DNA of 64,000 nt from Auanema rhodensis (lineage: Eukaryota; Animalia; Nematoda): contig OZ059897.1 of the NCBI GenBank assembly GCA_964057225.1, positions 7,750,001-7,814,000 of the forward strand, in the 5' to 3' direction. A program made the position numbers and the translations under genes. The notes beneath the pieces are model-generated. The model did no database searches, was not told the origin of the DNA, and saw only the letters and a list, made by a program, of their open reading frames with translations. Of the stretch, positions 1 to 13,296 are shown piece after piece (within the stretch, counting starts at the first letter, position 1; every line of letters starts with the position of its first letter).

Positions 1-900
1 TGACTAATACATCAAACCTTCTACTGAAAAAAACGACAATGAAAAAGAATAAGAATAGCTTGAAGAGTTGAAAACGAAAAAGGACAGTAACGTAAAGATA
101 GCAGAATCCTTTGTGAACTAGGAATCCCTCATCTTTTCAATGTTATCATGATGGCCAATGAATAGATAATACAACAGAAGTCATTGACAAAACTACAACG
201 ATACTCTTGCTGGCTAATAGAGCTTTCCGACGACAACGCATCGTAGTCATCATCATCATCGCAACATCTGAAGTTGTACTGGACGATAGATCTGAACAAG
301 AGAACTGAGAAATGGACGAAAAGAAAGTTTTTTTTTGAGAATAAAAGATATGAAAAGTTGATTCACATCATCTGTATTACCTTTTTAGTTTCATAACAAC
401 CTAACGTTGTAGCATTGTTATCATATTCTGCGTCAACGTTTTCATTTATTTTTTGACAAAATTTCATTTCGTTCTTTCTCAAATATATTTAGAAATGTCT
501 CAACTGTTTTTCTAAGGGTACTAAGTTAAAAAAACTGTTTAAAAATTTAAATCCAAATAATCTTTAAGGTTTTTTCTTTAATCAATGTTAGATGATTAGA
601 GATGAAGTAACTTAAACGTTAAGGGATAGATGTCCGATGTTTGGACTTCAGATGTTGCGAGTATGCACAGTAAGCCGACTAGAAAAAGCTAGAAATTGAC
701 TAAATACAACAAAGCATTAAGAAAAAGAAAAATTTCTGAGCAAAGCAACAAAGATTACTTTTATATAATTGCTTTTCTCAATCTCCTTTAAGCAAAATTA
801 TTTTTTCATGAAAATCTCTAGCATTTTCCATTTTCTTGAGATAATTCTTTTCAGCCTGTATTAATAGTAGATCAAACTTTAAATTTGCTTAATTATTTAC

Positions 901-1940
901 CTTAGAGCCTTGTTCACTCCACATGCGTTCGATGGCCGTCAAACGATGATCCCATGAAGTATGATCGTCATGCATCAACAAGAATCCTAATAACCTCTTG
1001 CATCTTGCTATAATGCACTGAGGGCTTTTCTTCCTTTTACCTTATCCTCTTCCCCCATCTTTACTCAACATATTGCCACCGTAATCCGCTTACTAGAGAC
1101 TTGACTGTTTGCATTGCTTTGACTTTGCTTCGGACCATGCGCAAGCAAATTCCCTTACTTGCTTCTCATAATATTTCTGTTAAAATTTTTGTTTGAGGGT
1201 TTTACTAAATGATTATTTAGCGCTAGTAATAGTACAGAAAAACGTGTTAAGTTTGTTGCCCAGATTCAATGTAGATCAGCCTGAAATGCATTGCTATACA
1301 ATCTGATATCTTGCAGCCTGCAGTGCCTTTAGCTGATCGAAGTTCACGTTTCTTTCTTCTTGTCCAACCAAAAAAAATTATTTGATTGAATTGACCAAAA
1401 AAGCAATAATTTCACAAAATAAACATTGACATAGTTATGATAAATTTCTTTTTTTTTCTTCAACCAAAAGTAAACTTTCATTTGAAATAAAAAGAAATGG
1501 CCCATGTACTTTCTTTCTTTTATGTGCGAAGAACAGCAACAGGTAATCAAGCAAGGGAAGCTGAAATGAAAAATAAAAAAAAGAAATTCTTGCAATTTGC
1601 ATACATTAGCAAGTAATATATTCATTTAATTATATTTCTAATGTTTGTTTAGAAAACAGATGCAATTGTGACCATATTCTGATGAATCTCTCGCCATCGC
1701 CTGACAACGCTGGTGGCCCATCAGCTTTGCTTCTACATTCCAAATACTTCAAAGATGCATCCTTTCTCTGTTTCTTCTGCTTCTTTCGCCTTTTCTTCTT
1801 TTTCGTGTACCGTAAGTCGAGCTTTTTGTGTATTTCATGTACTTATAGATAGCAAAGCGAATAGCAAACACCCAGGAACATCTAGTATTCTCTTTCATAA
1901 TTTTTCTGTTTCCTTCTATAATCTCATCTCTTTCTCTATT
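901..1940 (-). pseudogene. Possible decayed exons
   Basis: Exon-like block 901-1177 bounded by AACAG and GTAAAT (KYYEKQVREFACAWSEAK...stop...CIIARCKRLLGFLLMHDDHTSWDHRLTAIERMWSEQGSK) and a block at 1655-1935 (KDASLKYLECRSKADGPPALSGDGERFIRIWSQ). Both contain stops or frameshifts. Confidence 0.25.
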
Positions 1941-2021
1941 TAAGATAAAAAATAAAATTAAAATTTTAATTAATTGAATTTTATTTAAAAAAAAAAGAAA
2001 AAAACAAGTATTTCCTCAAAC

Positions 2022-3049
2022 TTAGTTATCAAACTTAAATTTGACATTTAATAATTCTTCAAGCTGCTGGACAGCTTCATCTTCTTTAGCCAAATTGACC
2101 TAAAATAAATTTTTAAAAATCTAATAATTTAAACAGATATAAAAATACTTGTATGGCTTTCCATCCTAAAGCAATAGCAGCATCACAGTTCTCTTTGAGA
2201 TCATCAAGAAATACCAATTCACTTGGTTCAAGTCCCAAACGTTCGCTGCAGATCTGAAGTAATACGACATGGATGAGACACAATTAACAAGTCGTTTTAC
2301 CTGATAAATCTTTGGATCTGGTTTCATAACACCTTCAAGACATGACTCAACAACAACATTGAATACAGAGGTATCATAGGGCAAACGCGGAACTTTTTGA
2401 GCCTAAAGTATAATTTATAGAATTAAAAAGTATTTTGATACCAAATTACAATATCAATATGACAGTTATTAGTCAGCAAAGCACTTTTTAATCCATGATC
2501 TTTCAACTGAGGAATGAGAATATTGATTTTCTTACTCTGAAATCATACATTAATGATCAATTTAATAACCAAAAACTTTTTTTTCCAACTCACGAGACTT
2601 ATAAAACGTTTATCGATCAAGCATGGAGAAATAAACTTAAAGCCGGCTGGAATTGTTGCATTATACTGAAATGGTGATATGTATATTGATAATAATTCAG
2701 GTAAATGTAAACTTTTTCTTTGATGTAATCAGCAAAAAGACCATTTTCAACTTCTTCAACAGATATGCTGCCTGTGAACATTCCTCTTCCGCCACCAAGC
2801 CATTCAGTAAAACTAGTTCCTGAATCCGAGAAAGCCATTTGAGAAAAAAAGCAATTTATATGAAAAATTGTTTACCTTTGACTTCAGAAGCTATTGTTCC
2901 AACTGGTAATCCAGCGTTTCGATCACATTCTTAAATTTCAAATGTTTATAGTTGAAGATGCTAATCAATAAACCTTCCCAAACTGAACCTAGCTTATCGA
3001 AAGCAAGAATAACTCCACCAAAATCAAACACAACAGCTTTAATTGGCAT
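2022..3049 (-). CDS. HAD-superfamily hydrolase, multi-exon (ACAD10 / soluble epoxide hydrolase N-terminal-domain-like)
   Basis: Spliced translation MPIKAVVFDFGGVIL...SALLTNNCH...VVESCLEGVMKPDPKIYQ|ICSERLGLEPSELVFLDDLKENCDAAIALGWKAIQ|VNLAKEDEAVQQLEELLNVKFKFDN*. HAD motifs I-IV present (D-x-GGV, LTNN, KPDP, FLDD). GT-AG introns of ~45-55 nt. Unpaired TTTCAG at 3066-3071 before the ATG. Confidence 0.9.
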
Positions 3050-5395
3050 TATCAAATTTTTTTTCCTGAAATGTTCACTATATGTTTTGAAGGGAAACAC
3101 TATTGTTCCAATGATCACAAATGAAAAAACAAAGACAAATTGCAAAGTGTTCAATTAAGATGAAAGTTTCCAGCTGAAACTCATGAAATCAAACGAATTC
3201 GTCAAAGTTAATGATCAGAAAAAAAATTTTCTTCGATATGTGACGTAATAGATGGAAAAACGGAGGAAATGGAACTAAAATTAGAAAAGCAAAGAAGATA
3301 AAAATTCGAAAACGAACAATACAACATGTTAAATAGAATTTCACCTTTTCTCCGTTCACTCATTATTTTAATTCAAAAATAATGAAAAAACGGAAAAAAA
3401 GTGAAAATTTGAACTTCAAATATTGAAATTATTGAAATAATAATATCATATATGATATGGCGGTATTTATATAGGAACGTAAGTATGAATATAACAATCA
3501 AAACCAGGTATGATCAATAGAAATAAACTATAAAAAATGGTTTTTCATGCTCATTTCAAAATGAAAAAATGAACTTTAGTGATCTGATTGAACGCATTTG
3601 AATGTTTCAGAGCAATTGCTTTTGCAAATATTGATAAGTCAATGACGGATAGTCATTGATGTTTCAATGTACTCTCCTCCTTTCCTAACTTTTCACATGT
3701 ATAGTCATGTTACAAGTATGACGAAATACAATTTTCACACGAATTGTATGAAAATGGGAAATTGAGCAGCACATGTTTGAGCAACACACATACTTGCACA
3801 GTGGCACGGTGATTGAAATAAAATTTAATAAGATCAAACTGATTGAAAAATGAAGTTAGTGATAAGGTGTTGTTTGCTATGAACTCGTCGGGCAGTCATT
3901 GCTAGTATCGTGGATATTTTGATACTTAAAGCCTCAAATTTTATACTGTGAAAGTATGAGAAACTTTATTTTAATCGCCTTCAAAGTTTGTTTTTTCGAT
4001 TTTCTTCAGAAATAAATTGAGATACGAAGGGCATTTCCACAGTGTAGTCTGTCACATACTGGAGTAACACTTCGTCTGGAAAGTTGAACATGTTTACTTG
4101 AGAAAAGTTGTTTCGAATCAAAAAAAGGAGATGAAAACATCAACTGCGTCAACTATCGGATGGAAATTTAATGTTTTTTTGAAGTTCTTGCAATGATGTT
4201 AGAAAGTTCAATTAACTATTGGTCAAAGAAACATTTATATTAAGTAATGTCTCGTCATTTTGTTATCTTCTATTCTTAACTACTAAATAAGGAGAGATGA
4301 ATCCGGTTTTACTACATCTGTACATGATGATGAGAAAAAGATGAAGACGATGTATGTAGACGAAGAAGAAGACGACGACGACGACGAAGAAGTTTGTTCC
4401 ATTGTCTGTATCTCTTATGTTTGTATGTGTGGATGTGTGTATGATTACCACATGGCATTAACGCTCTCCTAGGTCGTTGTCTTCATCGTTTATTATCGTT
4501 TTGCTATCATTAATGTGTCTATGTGCTTCAAGTGTACATGTATAGATGATCATCATGATGATGTACTACCTGATTACTCTTATTGTCGTCGTCGTCTTCT
4601 TTTTCATCTTTATCATCATCCTCCTTCTTCTTCTTTTTTTATTCAGCGCTAGTTGTAGTTGTCGTCGGATACAGAAGAGGTTACGACAATGAAGAAGACC
4701 ATCACCACGACGAAGACAATGGTCTTATACTATGACATACGTTTAAAGTCGAGCAGAACAAATGAACGACGTATTCGAGCATGTCTTTAGTTATATATTT
4801 TATCTTGTGAATACTTGTTGTTTTCTTACGTTCTCATCAAATAATTTCCGAAAATAGAAGGGAAAAGACTTTACAGTAGCATCATCTCTCTAGCTTTATC
4901 CTTTTACATGGTCAACTTGTATCTTTCCTCGTGATGCATCTAGATTTAGCCCAGGAACCACTTCAGATTATCGCACTGTCTATGCCATTAGATGTTTACC
5001 ACAACAGCTTTCATTCATCTTTTTTTCTTTTTTTTTTCACTTTTCCTATCATATGCTGCCGATTTTCTCTAACAAACTACAAACGGATATCATAAAAATA
5101 AAAATAAATATCATTTTCATCTTTTTTTTAATTCAATTCCATTTTTTTTTCATAGATCACTATACATTAAACATGAAGTTTTATACTTTCCTTATTATTT
5201 AGTTCAGTAATCAATGCTTTCTCTCAACCCATGCAGCTGATTGTCATGTTTTTTTTCTTTTTTTTTCTTGTCGAAAAAAACATCATTTCAATAACCATTT
5301 GTCACCAAAAGTTCATGTATCTCTTCGTACTTTTTATAAAATAGCTTAATATTAAGATTATAATGAGGATTGTTTTAGCATTGTTGTCTCCGTGA

Positions 5396-8300
5396 ATGGA
5401 GCAGATCAGCCACTGGTTGGCTCATCGACCACTGGGAGTATTAGTGATTGTTGGTCTTATTATCTGCCCAATACTAAGGCAAGTACAAGTTTCAGATGTT
5501 TTCGTTCTATAAATTGAAAGTGAAAATGAAGTCTTTTAGTTAGTTGTTGAATCAATGCTATTTTTCTCATCAATATCATACATAATTTCTAAAAATGATT
5601 CTATTATTATGATTAGAAATTGCACTATACATATAGTCCAATAGATAAACTTATTATTAATTAAATCAATTGCATATTAAATAGATTCAACTTTTTTGTC
5701 ACGAAAATACAACCGTTTGTTTCTAAAAAAATATTTAAAAATGAAAATCATATTTAGACTATGAACTAATTAGCATATTATAGTTATTTTGCGTTTAATC
5801 CTTTACGGATAGAATCAGACGTTAGAAGAGGTTTCGCCCAACGAAATGGTCGTTCAACACATGAATTAAGGGTTTGTATCTAACTAGATGTATATAGTTA
5901 GAAAATAATTCTGTTGTTTTAGAGCTTTTCAGATTTTTATAATATTACATATGAAGGATTAGATATATGGGTTATACTCATTACTCCAAAACGAGATGGT
6001 TCTGAAAAATATTTAAAAGTTAATCAAACTTTACTTGATGAAGTAAAATAATTTTTATTCGAAATGATGTTTTTCATAACTATTCGATCTTTTAGGTAGA
6101 ACGACTTGACAAATTCATTCAAAATTTTTCAATCATTGAAGACAAAAAAGTCCTTAGTGTTGCAGATTTAGAAGCTTCAAGGCTAAATTATTTGTTTGAT
6201 TGGTTTAAAGTATAATCATCGATGAAAACTTTTTATAATTATATTTTTATAACTTTAGTATTCATATGAGTGGTCAACATTCTTAGGTGATATTGATTTA
6301 TCACATCCAGTTGGCCGTTCGATGGGTCATGAATTCTTTACCGGAAGTCATTTCTTTGGAACTAATCGGCATACAAATGAAGTGATATATTTGAAATTAT
6401 AATTGTTTCATAAAATTATTTCAATATTTTAGTCAAAACCTATAGAGTCAGCGACATATATGACTTTATGGTATATGAGTCAAGCTGTGACATATGAAGA
6501 TAAGAAGAGATTGGAAAAGCTTCAAATGAAGTTATTTGATTTAAGTAAAGCTGATAACTTCAGTAGTTTGATCAGTTATCAAATGTATGGTGATCAGGTA
6601 CTTGAATAATTATAATTTGAAAGAACAAAATTGTTTTTGAAAGGTAGCCAATGCAGAAATGTTACGTGGAACTATGTTCACTGTAAAACTATTCATTGTT
6701 GGAGTTGTTATGATGACTGTTTTCATGATATACTCATTCAATCATCTGGAATTCAAATCTCAGGTAATAGAAAAGAGAAACATCTGAATATTGTTAATTA
6801 CAACAATATAGATTATTCAAACCATAACTGCAATAGCATCGCCAACTATTGCAACGGCTACTTGTTTCGGAATTCTAGGATGGACAGGAACTCCATTCAA
6901 TTCCATCATGTGTATTACACCATTTTTAGTCATGGGAATAGGTAAGAATCAGATAATATATCTTCTTAACCATTCAATCATATCAATAATGAAGGTGTTG
7001 ATGATGCATTCCTCTTACTTCATTGTTGGAGACGTAATCTTCATATGGAAAATAAGCAAAAACGAATTCAATGTGTATTATTGGAAATAGGTCCATCAAT
7101 GGCTATAACATCAGTAACGAATACGCTCGCTTTCGGAATTGGAATGACCTCACCTACCCCTCAGGCAAAAAGAATTCGTCTAGTTATTGAATTTTTAAAC
7201 CTTTTTTTTTAGATGAGTACTTTCTGTTTATGTACTGCAATTGCTGTTTTTCTTGATTTGATCTTTGAATTTGTTATATTTGTTCCAATTATGATACTTA
7301 CATATAAGGAAAAAGACGAAAAAGCTATTAGTAGTAGTCCATCAAGGTTTTACTTTTTCTATCTTTTCAATAATATTTGTGACCAAATTCAGATTTGCTT
7401 TCTTATCGTGGACTAAATACGTCAATGTTCTTCTTTCGAATGCTGGACGTTTCATAGTCACATGTCTAACTATATTCCTCTACATATCAGCAACATATGG
7501 AGTGTCAAATCTTATTCCATCATTCGATCCATCCAAAACATTTCCAAAAGATTCTGAGCTTTTAGTTGCTTTACAAAACTTTGAACGAATTCAGCTAGAG
7601 GTATGTGAAAATTCTGTAAATTTAGATTTACGTTTACATATTGTAGTATGCTCCCATTAACTTTGTTAGTCGTCAGTTGCCAGACTTAAGAAATGAAACA
7701 CAAGTTGAATCATTCTTTGAAATGATATCTAGATTAGAAAATCGAGAGTTTTGTTATGGAAGTGAGCGAACTCAGCTACTTTTACGTGATTATATCAACG
7801 TAAGTTTAGTTCATCACAAAAAAATACCGTTTTTCTTGTATTACAGGCAATTAATGGAACAGATTTGTCTTACGAACGAGTTCCGAAATTCTTGAGTGAT
7901 CGTCAAATTGCAGACAAAAAAATTATGCAATATCATATTGAAAAGTAGGTTTTTTTAAATTTATTTTATGAATAAATGTAATATAATATAAATATTATAG
8001 TAATACAGTATTGATTGATGGTCTTAACTATATTGTAATATGTAAAGGTTTGAGAATTAGATCAGCGAATGCTAAACAATTATCATTTCTTCCAGGTAGT
8101 TTGGATTGGAATGAACGCGCCAGTCGAATTGAACGAACTCGGCAAATAATTGACGAATATCCTCAATTTAATACAACATTGTTTGATTATGATAGTACTA
8201 TCTATGATTTAATTATAACGGTTAAAGTAAGTCTTATACATTTCACGTGAATGTCACGTGCTTTCACGTCAAATTCAAGCAATATTGAGTATTCTCATTT

Positions 8301-9045
8301 CGAACTAAAAACAAAGATGAAACGGTTGCATCTGGTACTTTTTAAATAAAATGGCTAATTTCAGTATGAACTGATAAAGGCTGTTCTACTAACATTTGTG
8401 TGTATGGCAGTAGCTTGTGGCTTCATGATTCCCAGCTTTGGTGCTGCTTCAATTGCCACGTTATCAATGCTTTCCATTTCATATAGTACGTTTTCTTAAC
8501 TATAACATATGACATTATTGTTAATCTGAAGCTTTACTTGGTTGGTTGTCTATTTGGGGACAAGATATGGATCCAGTTACAATGATCAATGTATTGATGG
8601 CTATTGGTTTCAGCGTTGATTTTAGGTGACAAAAGACTTTGTTTCTTAGATTATTTAAGTTAATAATCGTTTCAGTGCTCATGTTTGTTATCATTATCAT
8701 ATACATCGTCATCAAGATATCAAAATGACGGCTAAAGAAAGAATTGAAAGTATTCTGAAAAGTGTTGGTCGTCCAATGATTGAGGTAAATTAGTACAGCT
8801 TATTGAGAAAGAAGCATATTCTTTCCATATTTCAGGCTTCATTTTCAACTTTACTTTGCATGTTGCCATTGTTTTTTGTTCCTGTATATATTATCGAATC
8901 ATTTGCACGTACTGTCTGTCTTGTTGCATCATTTGGTCTATTTCATGGAATTGTTATGATTCCTGTTATACTGTCATGGCTAGAACCTTCCAAAGCGCCA
9001 ATTGATCCTAATGCTCGAGAAATATTGCTCACATCTTCAGCCTAG
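5396..9045 (+). CDS. Patched-related (PTR) sterol-sensing-domain membrane protein, about 20 exons
   Basis: MEQISHWLAHRPLGVLVIVGLIICPILS|YFAFNPLRIESDVRRGFA..., SSD segment CITPFLVMGIG|VDDAFLLLHCW...IGPSMAITSVTNTLAFGIG, later FCYGSERTQLLLRDY, MDPVTMINVLMAIGFSVDFSAH and FARTVCLVASFGLFHGIVMIPVILS. These are typical nematode PTR motifs. The specific paralogue was not assigned. Confidence 0.92.
8241..8270. promoter_or_regulatory. Triple TCACGT (E-box-like) cluster inside a ptr intron
   Basis: tttCACGTGAatgtCACGTGctttCACGTc; cores at 8244, 8255 and 8265. Function unknown. Confidence 0.55.
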
Positions 9046-9423
9046 TCCAAATATCATCATTACTTCTCTAATTCAATCTCAACGACATAATAATTCTTTT
9101 CAAATATCAGAAATTCTATCTCTGTACAGTATATGTTTCTCATTTTATATTTTTAAAACAGATAAAGCTGGTAAAGCGTAAATTTGAATATGTGTTCATG
9201 TTATTTTACGTGAATATTATACGTGAAAACAAATTATTTTGATATGGCATGTTTGCACGAATGGTTGTTTCGTTTCTTTCCAGAAATTTTATAAAATAAA
9301 GATAATCGTAAAATGTTTTATTTATTAAATTATTAACAATTCATTTGAATTATGTTGTAATATTAATTATTATATATTTAAGCTTCAACGAAGCTTATAT
9401 TCTATTATTTCATAACTTGGTTT

Positions 9424-10358
9424 TTACTTTCCGGCATGAGCTTCATCAATGCTAGCGTATGAATAGTCGGATCCGGTAGATCCAGTCTGTGAGCAGGAAA
9501 CCTTGGCTATAGTTGGTCCGGAGCCATCAGCATTAGCCTTCCAATTTCCCTCAACGCAGTAAACCTTGAATTTAGTTATACATAAGATTTTCTCAAAACG
9601 TTATTAGTGATTTTACCTGGAGGTTAGCAGTAGGATTTCCAGTAGATTGTTTGATAATAGTAGCTCCGTCAGCATCGACGACTTGAATAACAACTTGAGT
9701 TGGCTAAAAATGATAATGATAAGTTGCGATAACTTTATCGCGAGACTTACGTTAGTTTCAGGAGCAGCAGTGCAGAGCAAATATCCAACAGTTGGACAAG
9801 TTGAACTAATTCTTTTAAGAGAAGAACATTGCTGATAAGTAGTAGCATCACCTATTGGATTAATCTTTGGAACATTGACAGAAGTGAGAGGAGCACAACA
9901 TGCTGTAATAAACGTATAAGGAAATGGTACAATTAATTTGATTTCAAGTATGCTTAATAACTGAAAAATTTGCAACTTTCAACTTTTATTTCATTCTGCT
10001 ATTTTCACCGTTTCTGGAGATGATCATCGTGTGTCATTTCCACGAAATCGGAAACAAGAGATCGAGAAGATAGCGAATGACGACTTTTCTGTTAGAGATA
10101 GGATTAGCGTTGATAATCCTATCACCTAATCGAGATGACAACCGTTAATCTCATCGAGAATTTCAAATAAAATTTCTATTGCCATGAAGTAACAATGATT
10201 GATTAATGACAAATAGTTTTTCTACATTATTTCACTTTCAATTTGTGATAATTACAAGATTCAAAGGACTTACGGACTGTTGGAGTTACAGGAGTAGTTG
10301 GAACGCAAGCATTGGATAAAGCAATGGCAGCAAGGAAGGCAACAGCTACTGCAGACAT
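9424..10358 (-). CDS. Secreted Cys-rich C6-domain-type nematode protein (4 exons)
   Basis: Signal peptide MSAVAVAFLAAIALSNA, then CVPTTPVTPT, CCAPL...QQCSSL...STCPTVGYLLCTAA...VYCVEGNWKA...IAKVSCSQ...AHAGK*. The Cys spacing with CxxGxW and VSC matches the nematode C6 domain. Canonical splice sites. Confidence 0.8.
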
Positions 10359-12101
10359 GCTTCTTCTGAAATAAGTTTCTTTCAAACATTGAAGCAATTG
10401 GAGCATTAATAGGCTGATAACTAGGTTCAAAAGAAATTAGGAAACATAGATAGAGACGGATATAAAAGAATTTTATCAATTTCTACAGCATCCATGCTCA
10501 AGCAATAGTCATCAGATAAATCTATCTACTGAATAAAATGAAATTTCACATCATCTAGAGCTGATGATCGAAAGCTGAAGATCTCACAGCCTGAGAAGTA
10601 AAAGTGTCGAAGAAATAAAAGTGAAACATGAATAAGAGGGGTGGGGGATTGGATAAAAAGGGGTTGTCCTACTAGGAGGATCAAGAATGGAAGATATCAC
10701 AAGAATGAATGATTCTTATCAGATTATCATGTTTCCTAGCGATTTCCTTATAGTGTCTACACCTTTAAATCTGTGTTCCAGCTCCTTGTTCCAGACGTCC
10801 CAGGGTGAAAAGAGACGGATTATCGATAAAAAATAGTTTTTCTTCAATGAGTGCGGAAAAAAAGTCAAAGTCGTTAACTAACCGGAAAAAGCAAAAATAT
10901 TGAGAATTTTGCTTTCAATAAAAAATTTTTTGAAAGTATTTTCATATAGTACAACAGAACCTATAAAAGTATTTGCAAGTATAAAGTAATCTTTTAACTT
11001 ATTTTTGTGTTTTTTTTTTGTTTTCATTTGACCCTTTTACTCTTCTTTCTTGTGTAGCGTTTTCTTTGCGTTTTTCATAGATTTCACGAATTTTCAATAA
11101 TTGTTCAGAAGGAAACAACATTTATTTACAAAATTTCAGTATTGGTCATGGAATGATCATAAGTGAATTCAGATAATTTGTTCCAACATGAAACTAAAAA
11201 ACTGAAAATTTGGATCTTTGTTCAGAAAATTAAGATAAATAATAAAGTGAATATATAAAAAACACTTGAAATTAGATCAAAGCTCTATCGAAATTTACGC
11301 TTTGATGAACTTTTGCAAGAAAATTGTGTATTATCTCGTCATATCTATATTTCTCTTTAGAAATTACAAAGAAAAAAATGCTGAAATGATACTCGATCGT
11401 ACCAAAAGTGAAAAAGTTTCTTTTTTAGAAAAAATCTCTACGAGGACGGGTCATAATGGACAGGATTGAAAGTTTGACCTTAAAACATGATGGATAGATG
11501 TGTGGCTATGGCGATGATCGTCTTCATTATCAGTCTTTGACAGCGTTCTAAAGATGCTTGATCTGGAAAGGAAAAGCCGAGCCAGGATAAAACCGGAGAC
11601 CGGATAAGAAACCGCTTTGGGTTGGTGTTTGGTAGCTGTAGTGAAAGTGGAGTTAGAGAGTTGGGAGAGAGGGGGAGGGGTCATGTTTTGAGTGGCTAAA
11701 GAAGATTCGGATGATGGCGTGGATATGACAAGAGACACGAGTTCAGATGATAGGGCTGTTTGAGAAAAAGAGGATAGAAGACAGTAGTGGGACCTTTCGT
11801 GCAAATCCTATTGTTCATCTGGGTCAAATCTAAAATAGAAACGGTTCAAAAATTGGAATGAGAGACTGATAAGGCTGATTGATAATTTATGGAAAAGCTA
11901 GTCCAGTTTGGACATTTGTTCTGAATCAATGATAATGATTATGACAATGAATATTTTTAAAATGCGTCTTAAAATACTTGAGAGATTACTCCTGATATGA
12001 ATATATGCATAGATCAGATATTATCTTTTTCGTTGATTAGAGATATGATGCTGACTAGTAGAGTAGATGATTGTTGAAAGCATTTCTTTCATTTTTGTTC
12101 C

Positions 12102-13296
12102 TTATTTTCCGATTCCAAGACCACTGGATATTCCAATCGGACCAACTCCTGGCACTCCAACTCCAACACCCGAGCTTATACCGAAGATGCCGCCGCCATG
12201 TCCACCTAAATCAGAATCATAAAGAAGGTATGCGATTTGGAGTTAAGCACCAAGGCCGCCAATTCCGGGAGCTCCGATTCCTAAGCCAGTATTTACTCCA
12301 ATTCCTCCGACTCCGACTCCTCCACCAAGTCCGATTCCTCCTGCACCATTTCCTGGATTACTTTGAGCAGGGAATGGAACAGAAGCATGAGTTGTTGTAA
12401 CTACAGCAGTACCTGATATTAGAAAAGGCAAGTTGAAAAACAAAAGCTATGCAACACCTTCTTCTTCAACTGGGAAGTTATGAACTCGTTGACTGTTCTC
12501 TAATGGTCTGGTACGGATATTGATTTCATCACTGTCAATAGTTGGGAATTCTTCCGAATCGTCGAGATGATGATGATTTTTGCTGACAAACTTGCTTTGC
12601 CATTTGTCCTGAAATCGTGTAAAATCACATTTTCATCCTTAATTCAAATAAACTATACTTCATCATCCCATGTTGCAGGAGTTGTTGTGACTACAGGACG
12701 ACGTGTGGTAATAGGTCTGCGTGTTGTTTTCTCAATAATTTCGTCTGGAAAAATGATACAATTGGTGAAAAGTACAAAAAATTTAAAATATTACCCGAAG
12801 TAATTTCTTCTAAACTAAGTTCTTTCGATACCGGCTTTTCAGCACTCACATGATGATGATGATGGTGATGATGGTGTGACTTCAGCTTATGATGCTGATG
12901 TCTGGGCCTGTGCTTGGCCACAAAATTTTGAAATCTTTCATATTCATCACCATATCCACCAGAATTATATTCAGGATATTGAGCATATTGTTGGCCATAT
13001 TGTTGACCATATTGTTGACCATATTGAGAATATTGTTGCTGATAAGAGCTGAAAAATGAAAAACAACAAGATAGATATCTGGATTACGACTAGCAAAGCA
13101 ATACCTGCAAAGATTGGGGCATTGACATTGCTGATAAATCTGTGGTTGGTTGCAAGCATAACCAGTCATTGAGCCGTAAAAGGCTGAAAATAATTTAAAA
13201 AAAAAAAGGTCCGAACACTCATAAATTGAATGACTAACTTGCATGAGCTACTGTAAGAAATGTAGACAAAGCAGTTAAATGTATGTATGTCGTCAT
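12102..13296 (-). CDS. Secreted low-complexity protein: Cys cluster, QQYG repeats, poly-His, Thr-rich segment, Gly-rich C-terminus (7 exons)
   Basis: MTTYIHLTALSTFLTVAHA|FYGSMTGYACNQPQIYQQCQCPNLCS|YQQQYSQYGQQYGQQYGQQYAQY...HHKLKSHHHHHHHHV...TTRRPITTRRPVVTTTPA...GIGLGGGVGVGGIGVNTGLGIG...GVGVPGVGPIGISSGLGIGK*. Frames are joined by canonical short introns. Confidence 0.8.
12984..13040 (-). repeat. Coding 12-bp tandem repeat (CAACAATATGGT-like, encodes QQYG)
   Basis: About four imperfect copies; the + strand reads catattgttggc catattgttgac catattgttgac catattgagaat. Confidence 0.8.

Noticed and set aside
4320-4720. GAC/GAA/GAT triplet runs with complementary TCG/TCT/TCA runs ~200 bp away, forming an apparent inverted repeat
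   Set aside because: The complementarity comes from simple trinucleotide repeats; there is no unique-sequence stem and no spliced ORF.
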